A stretch of 64,000 nt of DNA from Eledone cirrhosa (lineage: Eukaryota): contig OZ024742.1 in the NCBI GenBank assembly GCA_964016885.1, positions 247,566,001 to 247,630,000 of the forward strand. Direction: 5' to 3'. Shown in pieces: positions 48,148 to 63,472 of the stretch (its first letter is position 1; each line of letters opens with the position of its first letter). The notes beneath the pieces were generated by a model. The model was not told the DNA's origin and did no database searches. It saw only the letters and a program-made list of their open reading frames with translations. The position numbers were made by a program, and so were the translations under genes.

Positions 48148-49180
48148 AGGGCGGTGGATTAGTTGCATCGGTAGAGCATTGGACAACATGATTTGCGGCA
48201 TAGATTTAAGGCCCTCTATAATTCAATTTCCATCGATATTAGCTTTGCCTGTCATCCTTACGGAGTTGATAAGGTAACGTTCCTGTAACGCACTCGGGTC
48301 AATTTAAACGACAATCGCCTTTCCTTAAAATTGCTGGTCTTGTGCCAAAAATAGAGATCATTATTATTGATGTTGTCGTTGTTGTTATTATTACTTTTGT
48401 TGTGGAAGGGCGGTGGATTGGCAGTATCGGCAGAGAGTCGGACGCCATGCTTTGATGCATGGATTTACGGCCCTTGCCATTCTGAGTTCAAATACCGCCG
48501 AGATTAACTTTGTCTTTCATCCTTACGGGGTCGATATAATAAAGTACCAGTAATGCACTGGGTATGTGCTGGCCATGTGCCAAAAGTGGAAACAATTATT
48601 ACTTTTGTTGTTATTATTGATGCTATTGTCTTATTGTTGTTATTAGTAATATTGGAATTACCCCAAGGGATCGTCCGCTCATATTGGAGAACTTTTTCTT
48701 GTTTATCTTGATAATATTTTGTATTATTAACATATTTATTATCATTGTTATTTAGTAGGGCGGTGGCTTGGCAGTAACGGTAGAGTGTCGGACGCCATGC
48801 TCTGCAGCATAGAGTTACGTCCCTTTATGATCTACGTTCAAATCCCGCCGAGGTTAACTTTGCCTTTCATCGTTACGGAGTCGATAAAATACAGTACCAG
48901 TAACGCACTGGGGTTAATTTAATCGATTTTTCCCCTCCCCTAACATTGATGGCCTTGTGCCTAAATGTAGAAACAATTATTGTCATAAGGGCCGTGGATT
49001 GGCAGTATCGGTAGAGAGTCGGACACTATGCTTTGAAGCATAGAGTTACGTCCCTTTATGAACTGAGTTCAAATCCCGCTGAGATTAACTTTGCCTGTCA
49101 TTCTTACGGGGTCGATAAAATAGAGTACCAGTAATGTACTGTGTAATTGCTGGCCTTGCGCTAAAAATAGAAACAATTAT
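48148..49180 (+). mobile_element. Cluster of four same-strand tRNA-head SINEs
   Basis: Copies at ~48148-48362, 48408-48600, 48757-48980 and 48988-49180, separated by (ATT/GTT)n. Confidence 0.8.
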
Positions 49181-49657
49181 TGTCATTGTCATATCTTCTG
49201 TAAGGTTCCCTATCCTTTACCCGATTTAAACCCCACTTTACCTTGATTATTGTTCTTGCATTGTCCCTTGTATTGCCCTTGTGGCCAATGAAATAAATCT
49301 TTATTAATGTTGTTGTTATTGATGTTGTTCCTGATATTGAACATTTGTTATTGATATTTTTAATGTTGCTGGCGCTAATATTTTTATCGTAAATATTTTT
49401 GTTAGTGGTGTTGTTGTAGATTTGTGTACATATATAAGGTTTCACATGTGTCTGCACTGTTACTGTGTATTTGTAGTGTATTTAATATTTAGAGATATCC
49501 ATTGCTATCAACATAGTTATGGCGGCGTATGACGTTGGTATCCATTAATTGCGGATCATCATGCTGATATTGCGTTTGGCGTTTCCATTCCTAAAGCTGC
49601 TTCCGTTGACATTGGGTTGATTATTATTATTTTTATTATCATTGTTATTATTATTAC

Positions 49658-49695
<38 letters not shown>

Positions 49696-49746
49696 CTGTC
49701 TTTATATTGTCCCCTCCATGTCGGCTCTTGTGGCTAATAAATGAAA

Positions 49747-49863
<117 letters not shown>

Positions 49864-50064
49864 TTATTATTTTATCGTTGTTGATGTTGTTGTGGATGTT
49901 ATTTTTCTTATAGTTATTGCTGTTGGTATAGTTGATGTTATTGTAACAATTGATATTTTATTATTATTATCTTTACACACACAAAACCCACATCGTACCG
50001 TCCTGTACCGTCCTGTGCCGTCTGTAATGTTTTTCTTGAATCAGCCCTTCTGCCCAATAAAGAA

Positions 50065-50121
<57 letters not shown>

Positions 50122-50927
50122 GCTGGAGCCATTAATATCGTCTTTGTTTTATTTGTTCCTTTTTGTTTGTATATGATGATTATGCTGCTGCTGCTGCTGC
50201 TGATGATGATGATGACGTTGGTGATGGTGCTAGATGTGATTGCGATTTTCATGTTGTTGGTGGGGATGATGATAATAGTTGTAGTGTTTGCGATGATGAG
50301 GAGGATGATGATGATGGTGATGATTATAACCATGGCGGCGTTGGTGATGGTGGAAGGTGGAAGGTGTAGTTGTGATTTTGATGTTGTTGCTGGTGATGAT
50401 GATAGTAGCTGTAGTGTTTGCGATGGTGATGATAGTGATGGTGAGGAATATGAGGATGATAATAATGATAATAATGTTGATGATGATGTTGGGGAGGAGG
50501 TGGAGGAGGAGAAAGCGGAGAAGGGGAGAGGGAAAAGAGAAAGAGAAGGAGAACGCGGTGTAAGACGAGGAAGAGACAACGAATGTCTTTTTCTTCTTCT
50601 TTGTCATTTTTTGCAACTATTTGTCCGTTTCTTGTTTGTTAAATCGATGTTCACAATGCTGTTGTTGATATTGTCACCATCGTCGTCGTAAATTGTTGTT
50701 GTTGTTATTACTATTGTTATTTTTTTTTCTCTGTGTAAGTCGCCAGGAATTGCCAAGATTCTTTTATCAGTAACTCGAACTACAACTACAACAACACCGA
50801 CAAACAGAACAACAATAATAGCAAAACCAAACAAACAAACACATAAGCTAGAAAACGACAAATAAAGATACATGTTTGCATGGGTATTATATATACATAT
50901 ACATGCAAATATATATGTATATACATT

Positions 50928-51018
<91 letters not shown>

Positions 51019-51053
51019 GTTTATATATATATATACATGTTTATATATATATA

Positions 51054-51134
<81 letters not shown>

Positions 51135-51325
51135 ATATATAAACATATATGTATATATATAAACATATATGTGTGCGTGTGTATATACAAACGACAAAAG
51201 AAAGAAAACAAAATTAAATAAACTAAGCAGGAATGAAAGAAATAAAGAAAGGAAAGAACGAAAGAAAACAAATAAAAAATAACAGAAGGCAACAAGAAAG
51301 AAAGAAAGTGAGACAGGAAAAAACT

Positions 51326-51409
<84 letters not shown>

Positions 51410-51717
51410 GTGTGTGTGTTTGTGTGTGTATATATATATGTATGAATGTATATATGTATATATATATATATACATATACGTATATATATATGTATATGTA
51501 TATATACATACATATATATACACACACACATACACACATATATATGTACATACATATATACATATATATATATAGATATATATATACACATATATAAATA
51601 TATATATATATAGATATATGTGTGTGTGTGCCTATAGATATATATATATATATATGTGTGTGTGTCTGTACATAAATATATATATACATACATATGAAGT
51701 GAGAAAGAAAGATAAAT

Positions 51718-51827
<110 letters not shown>

Positions 51828-52479
51828 GAATAAAAGAATGAGAGAAAAAAGGACAGTAAGAAGGAAATAAGTGAGATATGTTGTGTTGTTAAATGTGTAA
51901 GATTGGTGTATGGCTCGAAGCGTAACATTGATAGATGGATAGAAAATGTTCAACTGAAGATTTTCCCAATAATATAATGGAATTGTGGACTAGAGCAAAA
52001 ATAGTGAGGACAACAATAGCAACGACTACAACAACAACAATAACAATTACAACAACTAGAAGAGCAATAGCAACAACTATAGCAATAAAAACAGCAACTA
52101 TAACGTCAACAACAACAATGCCAGCAACATCAACATCTACAACTACTAGTGGTTCAACAATAGCAACGACTACAACAGTAACAACAAAAACAAAACACTA
52201 CTACAACAACAGTAGCAGCAATAGTAACAGCTATATCAATAACAAAAAAACAGCAACTATAATGTTAGCAACAACAATATCATCAACATCACCAACAACA
52301 ACCATTACTACTACTAACTAAACAGCAGATTCTAGATAGATGAAAACCAAAACAACAGATTCAACAAAAATAACAACTAAAATATCAACAACAAAAACAG
52401 CAACAATAAATACTACTACAGTATCATCGACACCACCAACAAGAACAGCAATACCAACAAATTCCCTATTAACAGCAAC

Positions 52480-54677
52480 AAAATCAACAACACCACCACC
52501 ACCACCGCCATCATCATCTCCTTCCTCATCACCAACAACAACACCACTATCAACAACAACACCACTACTACCAACAACAACACCACTACTACCAAAGAAA
52601 CCACTACCACCTACAACAGCACCCCTACCACAAACAACAGCACCACAATCACCATCAACAACAACACTTCTACCAACAAAAACAACACTACCACCAACAG
52701 CAACACCACTACCACCAACAACAACACCACAATCACCACCATCAACAACAACACTACCACCAACAATAACACCACTACCACCAACAACAACACCACAATC
52801 ACCACCATCAACAACAACACTACCACCAACAATAACACCACTACCACCAACAACAACACCACAATCACCACCAACAGCAACACCACTACCATCAACAATA
52901 ACACGACTACCACCAACAACAACACCACAATCACCATCAACAACAACACCACTACCACCATCAACAACAACACTTCTTCCAACAAAAACAACACTACCAC
53001 CAACAGCAATACCACTACCACCAACAGCAACACCACTACCATCAACAATAACACGACTACCACCAACAACACCACCACAATCACCATCAACAACAACACC
53101 ACTACCACCAACAATAACACAACTACCACCAACAACAACACCACAATCACCACCAGCAACAACACCACTACCACCAAGAATAGCACCACTACCACCAACA
53201 ACATCACTACAATCACCACCAACAACACCACTACCACCAAGAATAGCACCACTACCACCAACACCAGCACCACTATCACAAACAACAACACCACCACCAA
53301 CAACAACAACAGCACCACAATCACCACCAACAACATCACTACAATCACCACCAACAACACCACTACCACCAACAACAGCACCACTACCACCAACAACAGC
53401 ATCACAATAACCACCAACAACAGCACCACAATCACCACCAACAACAGCACCACAATCACCACCAACAACAGCACCACAATCACCACCAACAACGGTACCA
53501 CAATCACCACCAACAACAGCACCACAATCACCAACAACACCACTACCACCAACAATAGCATCACAATCACCACCACCAACAACACCACTACCACCACCAA
53601 CAACAACACCACCACTACAACCAACAACATCACTACTACCAACAACAGCACCACAATCACCAACAATATCACTACCACCAACAACAGCACTACTACCACC
53701 AACAACAACAATACCACTACCACCAACAATAACACCACTACCACCAACAACAGTACCACAATCACCACCAACAACAGCACTACTACCACCAATAACAACA
53801 CCACTACCACCAACAACAACACCACTACCACCAACAACAGCACCACAATCACCACCAACAACAGCACCACAATCACCACCGACAACAGCACCACAATCAC
53901 CACCAACAACAGCACCACAATCACCACCAACAACAGCACCACAATCACCACCAACAACAGCACCACAATCACCAACCAATAACAGCACCACAATCACCAC
54001 CAACAACAGCAACACAATCACCACCAACAACAGCAACACAATCACCAACCAACAACAGCACAACTACCACCAACAACAACACCACTACCACCAACAACAA
54101 CACCACTACCACCAACAACAGCGCTACATTCACCACCAACAACAGCAACACAATCACCACCAACAACAGCAACACAATCACCACCAACAACAGCACCACA
54201 ATCACCAACCAACAACAGCACAACTACCACCAACAACAGCACCACAATCACCACCAACAACAGCAACACAATCACCACCAACAACAGCACCACAATCACC
54301 ACCAACAACAGCACCACAATCACCACCAACAACAGCAACACAATCACCACCAACAACAGCAACACAATCACCACCAACAACAGCACCACAATCACCAACC
54401 AACAACAGCACCACAATCACCACCAACAACAGCAACACAATCACCACCAACAACAGCAACACAATCACCACCAACAACAGCACCACAATCACCAACCAAC
54501 AACAGCACCACAATCACCACCAACAACAGCACCACAATCACCACCAACAACAGCACCACAATCACCAACCAACAACAGCACCACAATCACCACCAACAAC
54601 AGCACCACAATCACCAACCAACAACAGCACCACAATCACCAACCAACAACAGCACCACAATCACCACCAACAACAGT
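52480..54677. repeat. ACC/AAC-derived minisatellite (21/24/25-bp units, e.g. CCACCAACAACAGCACCACAATCA)
   Basis: Units become homogeneous rightwards; they produce the Pro/Thr-rich and Val/Gly-rich pseudo-ORFs. Confidence 0.9.
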
Positions 54678-54779
54678 CATTTGAGAGAATACAACCATCA
54701 GATAAAATCACAAGTAACATAAAAAAACAGCCTCTCTTGTAAAGCAACACAAACAATAACATCAATCATTGAGAGTAAT

Positions 54780-55380
54780 AACTTCAACTAAAACACAACA
54801 ACTCCACCTAACAACAACAAAATAAGACACGACTGTCCCACGTAACAACAGCACATGACTAAGCTCCACCTAACAACAAGACATAACAACTGCTGTACTT
54901 AAAAACACAGGACAACTGCCCCATCAAGTAATAACACACAACTATCCCACTTAACAACAACACATACCAACTACTCCACCTAAAAAGACATTGCTATTCT
55001 ACTTAACAACAGCACATAAGAACTTGTCCCTCTAAACAACAAATGACAGTTACTCGACCTAAAAAAACAACAACATATGGCAACTACTCCACCTAACAAC
55101 AACAGCCCCACCTAACAACAACACATAACAAGTATTCTACTTAACAACAAAACATAACAACTGCTCCATCTACACAAAACATGACAGCTACTCGACCTAA
55201 AAACAACATATCACAACTGCTCCACATAACAACACATAAAAACTGCTAAATCTAACAACAACGCATGACAGCTACTCGACCTAAAAACAAAACATGACAA
55301 ATACTCCACCTAACAACAGTACACTACAACTACTCCACCTAACAACAACTGCTCAACCTAACAACAACACACACTAACAC
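54780..55380. repeat. Diverged ~29-bp minisatellite (CAACTACTCCACCTAACAACAACACATGA-like)
   Basis: Recurring ACTCCACCTAAC/ACTCGACCTAAA motif at ~30-bp spacing. Confidence 0.7.
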
Positions 55381-55651
55381 ATATATTTCATCTAAAAATA
55401 GCACCACAACAGCCAACATTATTAACAAACAACACTAGAAGCACAACCGACTTCAGAGACAAGAGCAAACACCAACAAATATGAAACGAAAACAGGGACC
55501 ATTGACAACAAACAACAACAACAACAACAACAACAATATCAGTAACTGTATATGTTTGACTTCAACAAAGCAATCTACCAGGTTTAAACAATGGTAGCAA
55601 CAGCTGAACATTTTGTGCATGCTTATTGCTCACTTTGGAAAACATTAATGT

Positions 55652-55682
<31 letters not shown>

Positions 55683-55746
55683 ACACACACACACACACAC
55701 TGACACACACAGGCACACACACTGACACACACACACACACGCACAT

Positions 55747-55804
<58 letters not shown>

Positions 55805-56077
55805 ATAAAGAATTAGAAATAGAAGCCAGGACTATCCATCATCAGTGGTCTTCTAGCCATCATAGGTATTTCTTCGCATTACAGACCATATACCTCCGGC
55901 TAGGGCGATACAATAACTAAATTAAGTTATTGGGATAAAAAGAGTTGGGTGGAGAAAGAAAGAAAGACAGGTAAACAAGCACGAATGGTGAGGCAACGTA
56001 AAGAGAGGAAAAAATGACCAAAACCAAGTCAATGATTCATTTCGAACATAAGAACGTGCGAATATTGACGAGTGTGC

Positions 56078-56157
<80 letters not shown>

Positions 56158-56550
56158 GGAGGCTTAGTAAAATCGAATCTTTGGCGGTGTGCAAGCAAAT
56201 TCGACCTACGATATGAATGAGTTAGCAAAGCACTCGACAAGGTAGGTCCTTAGAGTAATAACATACGTTTAAATAGCTTGACAAATTGAACATTGTGGTA
56301 GGCAAAATCTAACACACAATACCAAAGTAACGAAAGAACTAAGAGGTTGAGAAAAATACGCCTGTTCAAATCAAACGTTATACGTTTAAAGTGTTTCTAT
56401 GAATCCGAAATCAAATATCAGACTTACGTAACTGGCAAACCCGTGGTATTCATGATCGAACAGAGGATTTATTTCATCAACAGGATTTCGTTCTACCAAA
56501 GAACGGGGCGAGATACTAAATGTTGTCACGTGTTATTTCCAACAAGTGAA

Positions 56551-56828
<278 letters not shown>

Positions 56829-57352
56829 TATTTATTTATATATATATATACACACACACACATACGTATATACAGTGGAAGGCCAAACTCGCGTGCGATT
56901 ACGGTCATTTCTTAGAAAAAAAAACAAAAAAAAACGCATTAGCAAAAATGTATTATTGATGTTGCTGTTGATGATGTTGCCTTAGATGGCTCATCAAATC
57001 AGGAAGTGACTTACATGTCATACCAAATAGTCTACAGCTAAGTGTCACACCTGCTTGAGTTTGATTGACGAGGCATGCTTTGCGTTACCGAGCTAGCCCA
57101 CCTAACGCACTTTGGTAAAGACGTCACATGCAAATACAAATAGAAAAAGAAACAAACTTACAGAGACATAGATCAGAAATATAAACATGTATGCTGTTAA
57201 ACATGTGTAGTATTATATATAGTGGTATATGTGTGTATGTGTCTAGTACAGTAACTTCATCTAGTGCATAGCATACAGAATATTATTGTATACTTGTAAA
57301 AAGGACATATGTATATATAACTGAAGATGACGATATATATATATATAAATAT

Positions 57353-57407
<55 letters not shown>

Positions 57408-57482
57408 AACTCATATCGATATGTAGGTACATATATTAATTTATTTTTATATATATTTTTTTTATGTATGTTTATATATATA

Positions 57483-57530
<48 letters not shown>

Positions 57531-57532
<2 letters not shown>

Positions 57533-57702
57533 TTTCTGAATTTGTTTAGCAAGATTCTTTATCTGAAATCGTGTGTTGAAACCGATATTGTTATACTTTG
57601 GGAGGGTCATGTTGCCAATAAGAAACACACGCACCAGTTGCTTTCAAGTGAAAGCAACTGGTGCGTGTGTTTCTTATTGGCAACATGACCCTCCCAAAGT
57701 AT

Positions 57703-57709
<7 letters not shown>
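57531..57709 (-). mobile_element. Fold-back insertion in (TA)n (~60-bp perfect arms plus tail)
   Basis: 57586-57646 is the reverse complement of 57649-57709; related sequence at ~31728-31757. Confidence 0.85.
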
Positions 57710-57751
<42 letters not shown>

Positions 57752-59679
57752 TATATGTCTGTTATGGATATATTTCGATCTTCACTATTATATCCATAAA
57801 GACGTTAAAGTATTACCAGGGTATTCAAAAAATATACATTCATGCACGTGTATGTGTGTGAGCATGTGTGTGTGCGTGTATGTGCGTACGTGTGTGTGTT
57901 TGAATTTATAGACCTGTACATATACATGTGTGGCTAAGAGTCTATACTATAAAAGAAGCTATTCACTGCATAAGGTCAAATAACCTCATGTTTTCCTACC
58001 ATTTATACAAAACATTTGATAAACATGTATATATATATATATATCCATTCATATCTTGCTTTTATGAACATTCAAGTAAATTCGCAACCTACTACTGATA
58101 TTTACATATAAACCCACACATATATATATGTATGTATATAGAAATATAAATATATATATACATATATTTCCTCGATATTTTGGCTAATAAAATGCGTGTC
58201 GTGGTCGTTATTTCTTTTTTATTTGCAAGGCGGAGATGGATGGGCGGTTCATAGATGTATAAATGTGTTTGGCTGTATGTCTTTCAGTCAGTCTGCATGT
58301 GCGCCTGTTTTCCTGACTGAATGTCTGTTTGTCTGTTTGTCTGTTAGGTAGCGTAGATTTGTAAACCTGCTGAATGGCGGCTTAGAATATCAATAGATAC
58401 GTCGACTGAATTTCAACAAATTAATGATAATTCAACAGCTACACAAGAGATGTTACATAAATTGGGGGAAAAAATACACAAAAATTTGATATATTCATTC
58501 ATCCGCCATCTTTTAAAATCTCGGAAAAAATATATATATATTCTATTTAGACGGGAACAAGTTGTGGCCGTAGTTTTGGTTGTTGTTGTCATTGTTTAAT
58601 AATATTATTATTAATATTAGTATTATTATTATTGGCTGTCAGATAGTGAAGACGTGTTACTGTGAGCTCCGCAAGGTAGTGCGTTATCAAGATTTTTCCT
58701 TTGTATTAATTGTTATATTTTTTTGGATAAAATGTTCGTAAGTGAAGGGGAGACCTTATAATATTGTGAAGGGGAAACCTTATAATATTTGGACCTTTTG
58801 GCGCAAGTATTTAGATGTTTGGACACATCCCACAACATTGAGTCTGCCGTCTCCTGACGGCGACTTAAAGATTGAGGGCAGAGATACGTTAACCACCACA
58901 AGCACCACTGTGGACACGCACACACACACACACACAAAACAATTACAAACACAACATCCAACATCAAAACTAACAACACCACTAACAACAACAACATGAA
59001 CAACGATAGCCATAACAGCCACAACGAAATAAATGAAGAAAATAACGGCAACAACAACATCAAGTGCAACAACGTAAGTAAAACAACAACAACACCAACT
59101 GCAGCAACGAAAACAACATCAACAACTGCACCAAGAACAACACCAACACCAACTTCAACAGCCACATCAATAACACCAACAACGACTACACCAACAAGAA
59201 CAAAATCACCGACAACGTGACCAGCAACACAGACAACAAGAACGCTTTCGCTGGTGCAGCAGCTCAAAAAAGGCCATGCTTCAGCATAGACCTCATCTAA
59301 AAGTTTTTCCCAGGCATGAAATCTCATAAAACAAGGACTAACCTGGACCAGGAACCAACTTAACCATCCAGGCAGACGCCATAGAAGCGGTGGATAGGAG
59401 AACAGATATCTTTAGATGCATTTCAGTGCAGCCTAAAAAACGAGCATCATTCCCAAGTAGAAGTCGAAGCTGTGCTGAAGTGCCTCAGAGATGACACCGA
59501 GTACTTAGCGAGGGGTAGACAATACAGCACCATCTCGATGCTAATTTAAATCAGCTCTCGCTGTGAATCAATCAGTGACCCCATGCAGAAGCAGAAAGGT
59601 CATTATGTAACAATCCCACATGGGAAAAAGAACAATTGCGGTCCCAGGAACATCAAGGGAGAACTGGTCCCAGGAACAT

Positions 59680-59892
59680 CAAGGGAGAACTGGTCCCGGG
59701 TTGATTTGGACATACTTCTCCAAATCAGACCAGAAGACCTAAAAAAGAAGAAAAAAAATCCCGGACCACATTTGTATCCAAAACGGGATTGTACTGCAAA
59801 TAGAGATCGATGGCAGAAAGCCGGACTGTTTCTTCTGCGGAGAAACAATTCACTTGCGAGCCTTCTGCCTTCAGCTCAACAATGGGGTTTAA
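59680..59892 (+). pseudogene. Degenerate gag-like ORF1 fragment of a non-LTR retrotransposon with CCHC zinc knuckle
   Basis: From 59761: PDHICIQNGIVLQIEIDGRKPD-CFFCGETIHLRAFC (CX2CX4HX4C at 59827-59868). Frameshift in the upstream A-run; 26-bp tandem duplication at 59640-59691. Confidence 0.65.
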
Positions 59893-60293
59893 ATCCTCTG
59901 TCGACGCTGGAGCGAAGACCACGACCAGCATAAACACAGGTAATACCATCAGGAGCAACATCAGTAGCAATTCCACCACCAACTTTAGCGACCCAGGGAG
60001 AAAACAAGGAGAACTCCCCACCCCCCAAATACACACAATGACACAAACACAAACAAAAACACAACACGCAGGCACAGATACACTTACAGACAGACTTACA
60101 GACACAGACACCTTGACTTGCAGTAGCGAAGACGAGTCAAACATAAAGGAAAGAAAAAAAAATGGCACACAAAAACACCCACACATCACACACATAGAAA
60201 ATGCAGACAGCACACACATAACAAACACAATCACTTCCGAAACAACACTTCTCTTCATTCTACTAATTGTATTTTTTTCTTTCGCAAAGAAAC

Positions 60294-60374
<81 letters not shown>

Positions 60375-60377
<3 letters not shown>

Positions 60378-60788
60378 GGAGGTGAGTTTTATTGTAGTAC
60401 AATAAAGCAATGCAGATATCGGATAAGAAGCACTCTACAGTTTGTAGGACTGGAGTATACATAATATAAGATCAAAAGATGGTTAAAGGAGTTCCATGTA
60501 TTTTATTATGCGCATTTCAAAAACAAACATCATCATGCAATAATATTTGTGTTTTCATCAGATAAAACAGGAGAACATGATATGAAGGCTAAAAAACACT
60601 TGTGGATAGTACAGTTTTAAATCAACATATGTTGATTTAAAACTGCACTATCCACAAGTGTTTTTTAGCCTTCATATCATGTTCTCCTGTTTTATCTGAT
60701 GAAAACACAAATATTATTGCATGATGATGTTTGTTTTTGAAATGCGCATAATAAAATACATGGAACTCCTTTAACCATCTTTTGATCT

Positions 60789-60797
<9 letters not shown>
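60375..60797 (-). mobile_element. Loop-less 336-bp palindrome with HHR in each arm plus tail, in (TA)n
   Basis: 60461-60628/60629-60796 with one mismatch seen; unique tail 60375-60460. Confidence 0.88.
60681..60766 (+). ncRNA. Type I hammerhead with long helix II (mirror copy 60491-60576 on -)
   Basis: TTTTAT-CTGATGA(60696)-AAACACAAATATTATT GCAT GATGATGTTTGTTTTT-GAAA-TGCGCA-TA-ATAAAA. Helix II pairs with G-U; helix III is palindromic TGCGCA; AUA triplet; outer GTTC/GAAC pairing. Confidence 0.75.
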
Positions 60798-60852
<55 letters not shown>

Positions 60853-61060
60853 GTATGACCCCGACGGCAGAGCTCAAGCCGTTTCGACGGCTATTTCTAG
60901 ACTAAATTAGAATTCTAATTGAGTCCAGAAATAGCCGTCGAAACTGCTTGAGCTCTGCCGTCGGGGTCATACTTTTTCCTATTACCCACTCTACTACCCT
61001 AAGTATTGAGTACTCTGGTGCGTTATGGTCCATCTGGTTCCTTACCACAATTCGTTCGTT
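60853..61060 (+). mobile_element. Fold-back insertion, family of 17678
   Basis: Arms 60853-60912/60913-60972; tail is the reverse complement of 17678-17760. Confidence 0.8.
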
Positions 61061-62033
61061 ATATAGAGAGAGATATGTCAAGGATATGAGAATATGTGGT
61101 GTTTATGCCTATCCTAACTTCAATATACAACATTTATAAAAATAATTTATAAAAATAATTGTTTCTACGTTAGGCACAAGGCCAGCAATTAACCAGTGCA
61201 TTACTGGTATTTTATTTTATCGACCCCGTAAGGATGAAAGGCAAAACATTTATAAAAATAATACTGAGAGAATCAGAGGGCGAGAGAGATGGAGGCGATG
61301 ACAGTGGGATTTCGGGAACTCTGTGTTCGAACCTTGTGTACGTGTATGTGCCTGCTTACTGTCTTATCATATAGACATATTTATGAATATATTTATTCGT
61401 TTGTTTACTTGTTCTATCACTTCCATTAATTATACCTGCTATATAAGGTTGTATAGATAAAGAAGCAACTGTCTTTAGTTCAACAGCAGGTGAATAGCGA
61501 CTGAAACGTCTAAATGTTCATATGGTATATTTGAAGTCCATTCTTTTAGTTTATTTACTTCACATAAATATAAATCATATTACATACTTCCTCGTACTAG
61601 ACTAGGACACTCTGTAAAAATATATTAAAACAGTATTAACGCTAGATTGAAACCGTTTCGCTGATTCACCTTTCTTTGTATGATTTATAGTTCGTGTATG
61701 CTGTGCTCAACTCTGTATTAAGATAGATACAATTAAGATAATTACACGTATTTATAATTTAATTGCTTAGTTTGCTACAAATTAGTTGCTTCTCCTTATT
61801 TTTAATTAACACCTTTTATCTTCTCATAAACTAACAGTAAAAACACAGACATTAACTTTACAGTTTATTTTCACGTGTGATATGCTACCGCTGTTGTTTC
61901 AGTTGTTGATGGTGTTATTATTATTAATAATAATGACATTATTCATATTATTGATGTTGTTGTCATAATACTTGTAATTATTATAATCATTAGCATTATC
62001 ACTATTATTATCATTGATATTATAAATAATCAG

Positions 62034-62073
<40 letters not shown>

Positions 62074-62947
62074 TATTATTATATTTTTTCGTTAGCTATA
62101 ATTAAAGGAGAGATCTGACATATGCAATATATACAATATTTTATTTCAAATTAAAATTCCTTTAAAAGTATTTCTTGTGGCTGGCTGTTTTCACCTTCGG
62201 AATATTTCTATATCGATCTGATTAAAATTTCGAGAATCTTGATTGAAAATTCATTTAAAATTATTCACTGTGTTAGTCTATTTTTCTTGGGTAGAGAGAA
62301 AATGTTGAATCCGCTCTGATGGATAACATCTATAACTCTAAAGTCCAACCCAATTAAATACTGTGTCTGACTGATTCTGCATCAAATTTACGTTAATAGT
62401 AGAGCTGTCAGTCTAAAGCCCAAACACTTACACGTTAAATTATGAGTCGGACGAGTGGTTGATCGAATAGCTGGATGGTCATCCTCGAAAATTAGGGAAA
62501 ACTCCAAAGATAACTTATAGACGCTCTGTGGTGCTAAGACTATAACACGTTTACAACAATATAATATATACGTATGAGACATGACAACCCATGACTAAAA
62601 TTATCTCATTTATCATATTCTTATATTCCCGTTTCAATCAATTCTCTTATTCTTCTTGACCGCATTCATTTATTTCTTTACACCAGGACCAACACTCTTT
62701 CCTCTATCATTTCTCCATCGTAATATATATATACATATATATGTACACAAACATATTTATAAGTACGCACACATTGATACACCCACCCATCCACACACAT
62801 ACGCACACACATTCTAATTCTATTCCATAGTAAGAGTCAACTTATACAGCTTCATATGCAAATGAGATTAATCACCTCATTTACACAGATGAGAAAACTA
62901 TATATTCTCACCTGTTTTTAAGTTCTGCAGCTGCAAAAGCGGGAGAG

Positions 62948-62991
62948 ATTGTCCTGATGAGAACCAGTTCAGTTCGAAATGCATCGACGAT
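62948..62991 (+). ncRNA. Solo minimal type I hammerhead
   Basis: ATTGTC-CTGATGA-GAAC CAGTTCA GTTC-GAAA-TGCA-TC-GACGAT; palindromic helix III TGCA, AUC triplet; outer AAGCGGG/CTTGCTT pairing; (TA)n ~135 nt downstream. Confidence 0.8.
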
Positions 62992-63165
62992 TGTCCCCCT
63001 TGCTTCTGCTCGACACCACCTGGTGGCGATAACTGTCGTTGTTTTTGCATAACTACTGCTTTCTAAATTTTTATGTACACACAGAGCGTATTTCATTAGA
63101 AATACGAAATTCCTATATAGGCACAACTATATATATATATATATACATATATATATGTAGAAACA

Positions 63166-63235
<70 letters not shown>

Positions 63236-63376
63236 TATATATATATATACACATATACATATATATAAATATACATTTACACATATATATCTCTATCTAT
63301 CTAATGCATTAAATGCATTGTCAATTGCGGATATGCAGAATATTGTTAAGTTGCATGTTTGCACAAATAGTGATAA

Positions 63377-63405
63377 CTAGCAGTGTATCCCGGCGTTGCA
63401 CGGGT
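63377..63405 (-). mobile_element. Helitron-like 3' terminus
   Basis: Reverse complement reads CCCGTGCAACGCCGGGATACACTGCTAG|T, similar to 3290-3318. Confidence 0.55.
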
Positions 63406-63472
63406 AAGAACATTGGTAATAGTACCTTAAATGAGAAAGGTTTATTTGTGAGCGCCTGTTAAAAACTCACGA

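Noticed and set aside
52318-54063. 581-aa Val/Gly-rich and 356-aa Pro/Thr-rich ORFs as real proteins
   Set aside because: Open on both strands and in several frames because the repeat lacks stops; no signal peptide or flanking domain seen.
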